Below, in pieces: positions 61,346 to 64,000 of a DNA stretch of 64,000 nt. The notes under the pieces were generated by a model. That model made no database searches. It was not told the origin of the DNA and saw only the letters and a program-made list of their open reading frames with translations. A program made the position numbers and the translations under genes. Numbering within the stretch: position 1 is the stretch's first letter; each line of letters opens with the position of its first letter. Source of the stretch: Hemiscyllium ocellatum (Eukaryota); the NCBI RefSeq assembly GCF_020745735.1, contig NC_083410.1, positions 3,818,117 to 3,882,116 on the forward strand, in the 5' to 3' direction.

Positions 61346-61469
61346 AATATTGTAAAATGCAATATTGTTCATTGCTTTGTGAAGTGTCGAAATTTTTGAG
61401 TAGTTTGATCAGAAGAATTTGAACAGGAATAGGCCAATCGGTCCCAAAAGCCTCTTCCACCATTCAGTG

Positions 61470-64000
61470 GACTCATTGAGTCACAACGTCACACAACCCT
61501 TCGGTCCAAGCAGCCTGTGGTGAACATAATCCCAAACTAAACTAGTCACAACTGCCTGCTCCTGCTAATTTCCCTCCAAACCTTTCCCATTCAGATACTT
61601 ATCCAAATCTCTTTTAAACACTGCAATTGTTCCCACATCCACCACTTCATCAGGTAATTCAATCTATCCTTGAACTAACTGCTGTGTAAAAACATTGCCC
61701 TTCATATTTTTAAATCTGTCTACTCACCTTAAAGGTGGGCTCCTTCGTCTAGAGATCCCTCATCCTTGGGAAAAGACAACTCCCGTTAACCCTATTGCTA
61801 TTTCTCTTTATTTAATAAACTTCTATCAGCTTGTCTCTCAACCTCTTATGCTCCAGTGAGAAAAGTCCCAGATTATTCAGATTTTCTATATGTCTCTTTA
61901 CTTAATAAACTTCTATCACGTAGCCTCTCAACCTCTCTTGCTCCAGTGAGAAAAGTCTCAGCTTATTCAGATTTTCTTTATAACACAACTCTTCCATAGG
62001 CAACAACATCCTGGTAAATCACTTCAGAACCATCTCCTGTTTAGTAATATCCTTCCTATAACTGGGTGACCAGAACTGGAGACTGTATTCCAGAAGAGGC
62101 CTCACCAATATCTTATACAACCTCAACCTCACTGTTGTCCCAACTCCTATAATCAAAGGACTAAGCAATAAAGGCAATTGTGGAATGTCTTCTTTTTCCA
62201 CCCTGCCATCACCATGTGACATAAACTTCAAAGAATTATGCACCACCACCCCAAGGTCCTCAGCTGAACAAACATTCCTCACATCCACTTTCCTCCTCTT
62301 TCCTGGAAACTGTTTATGAAGCTGTCAATCTCAGTCTTAAAGATACACAAGGATTCTGCTCCCACAGCTCTCTGGAGCAAGGAGCTCAAAGGCTCACAAT
62401 CCTGTTAGAGAAGACGTTCTTCCTCATCTCAGTCTTAAATTGGTGCCCCATAATTCTGAGACTATGGCCTCTGGTCTGAGACTCTCCCATGAGAGGAAAC
62501 ATCCTGTCAGCATTTACTCTGTCAAGCCCCTTAAGAATCCTGTACGCTTCAAAGGGATCACCTCTCATTCTTCTAAACTCAAGTGACTGGAGTCTCATTC
62601 TGTTCAACCTTTGCTCAGAAGACAAACCCTCCATACCAGGGATCATCCTTGTGAACCTTCTCTGAACTGCCTCTAATTAAATAAATCTTTCTTTAAATAA
62701 GGTAAACCAAAACTGCTGACCATACACCAGGTATCGACTCACTAGCACCTTGTACAGTTGCAGTAAGATTTGCAAACTCTTATACTCTAAATAAGGTAAA
62801 ACCAATGACTGCAGATGCTGGAAACCAGATTCTGGATCAGTGGTGCTGGAAGAGCACAGCAGTTCAGGCAGCATCCAAAGTGCAGCGAAATCGACGTTTC
62901 GGGCAAAAGCCCTTCATCAGGAATAAATAAGGGCCAACATTTCTTGAGCCTTCCTGATTACCCGTGAACCCTGTGTGTTAGCTTTCTGAATTTAATGCAC
63001 AGGTTTGCCCAAGTCCCTTTGTGTTGCAGTTTTCTGCAATTTCTCTCTATTTAAATAATATTCTGTTCTTTTCTGCTCCCTCCCAAAATGAAAAACTTCA
63101 CATTTTTACGCATTATAGTCCATTTGCCAGCTTTTTGCGCACTATCTTAAATGTTCAATATCTCTGTAAATTGTTTGCGTCTCTCTCACAAACTGATTTT
63201 TCACATATTTTTCTGTCATCTGTAAATATTTTCTCCCAGTCATTAATATAAATTTCCTTTCTCCCAGTCATTAATATAAATTGTAAGCAGTTGTGGTCCC
63301 AGCACTAATCCCTCTGGAACCCCACTAGTCACAATTCACAACCTGAAAATAAACCCCTTATCCTTTTTCATTGTTTCCTGTCCATGAGCCATTTCTCTGG
63401 CCACAATAACATACTCCCTCCAATATCATGGGCTCTTGTCAAATGAATTAATCTTTTGTGAGATACCTCAACAAATTCCTTCTGGAAGTCCAAACAACAC
63501 ATATTTACTGATGCCCCTCTCTCCACCCTGGCTGAGACTTTCTCAGAATACTTAAATAAATTAGTCAGCCATGATTTCCTTTTCATGAAGCCACACTGAC
63601 TCTGCTTGATTAGATTATGATTTTCCAAATGTTCTGCTAATTCTTCCTTGACATATTAACATGATTTTTTTCGGCATCCAAGAGGAGAGGCTTGTCCTGA
63701 TTGGAGTTTGGAAAGAAGGTTTGAAGCATCTCAGTTTCCTTAGGCCTTGACAGGGTGAATATGGAGAGGAGGTTGTTTCCCTTTGTGGGAGAGTCTGTGA
63801 CCAGAGGACAAAAGCTCATAGGAATGGGTCTGTGATTTAAAATGGAGATAAGGAGGAATTTCATCTCTCAGAGGAAGTGAATCTGAGGAATTCTTTACCA
63901 CAGAGGGCTGTTGAGACTGAGTCCTGAAGTAATTTTGAGTTTGATACTGAAAGATTTTTAATCAGGAATGGAATCCAGGGTTATGGGGAAAAGGCAGGAA
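61470..64000. mobile_element. CR1 fragments with a 127-bp Penelope-derived insert (62797-62923)
   Basis: CR1 C-terminal/RT motifs on the minus strand. taaataagg at 62788-62796 and 62924-62932 flanks the insert, which carries a perfect antisense hammerhead core. Confidence 0.75.

Overview
Repeat-rich cartilaginous-fish (shark-type) genomic DNA, inferred from HE1/V-SINE-like SINEs, abundant CR1 LINEs, Penelope-like elements and Gmr1-like Gypsy relics. No prokaryotic features are present. Hidden among the repeats is a cluster of non-rearranging immunoglobulin-superfamily genes built from 345-nt phase-1/phase-1 exons. Each exon encodes a V domain already joined to a J-like G-strand (YYCxxWxxxxGxGxxLxI/V). 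One gene can be assembled on the + strand with matching splice phases: V1 (9939-10283), V2 (12058-12402), a disabled V3 (15533-15878), TM (16416-16566) and three cytoplasmic exons (18406-18449, 21384-21427, 22461-22583). It has an uncharged TM and three tyrosine motifs (VVYTTV, CHYAEV, SEYAVI), so it is a predicted inhibitory receptor with antigen-receptor-like V domains. I did not find its leader exon. Four more paralogous V exons lie at 46.7-54.6 kb: one open, two pseudogenes and one truncated; two of the four are inverted. The rest is nested retroelements, several with clear target-site duplications, plus minimal hammerhead-ribozyme cores in Penelope-derived pieces and a gapped TTCC-rich microsatellite. 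Repeat boundaries without stated junction evidence are approximate.
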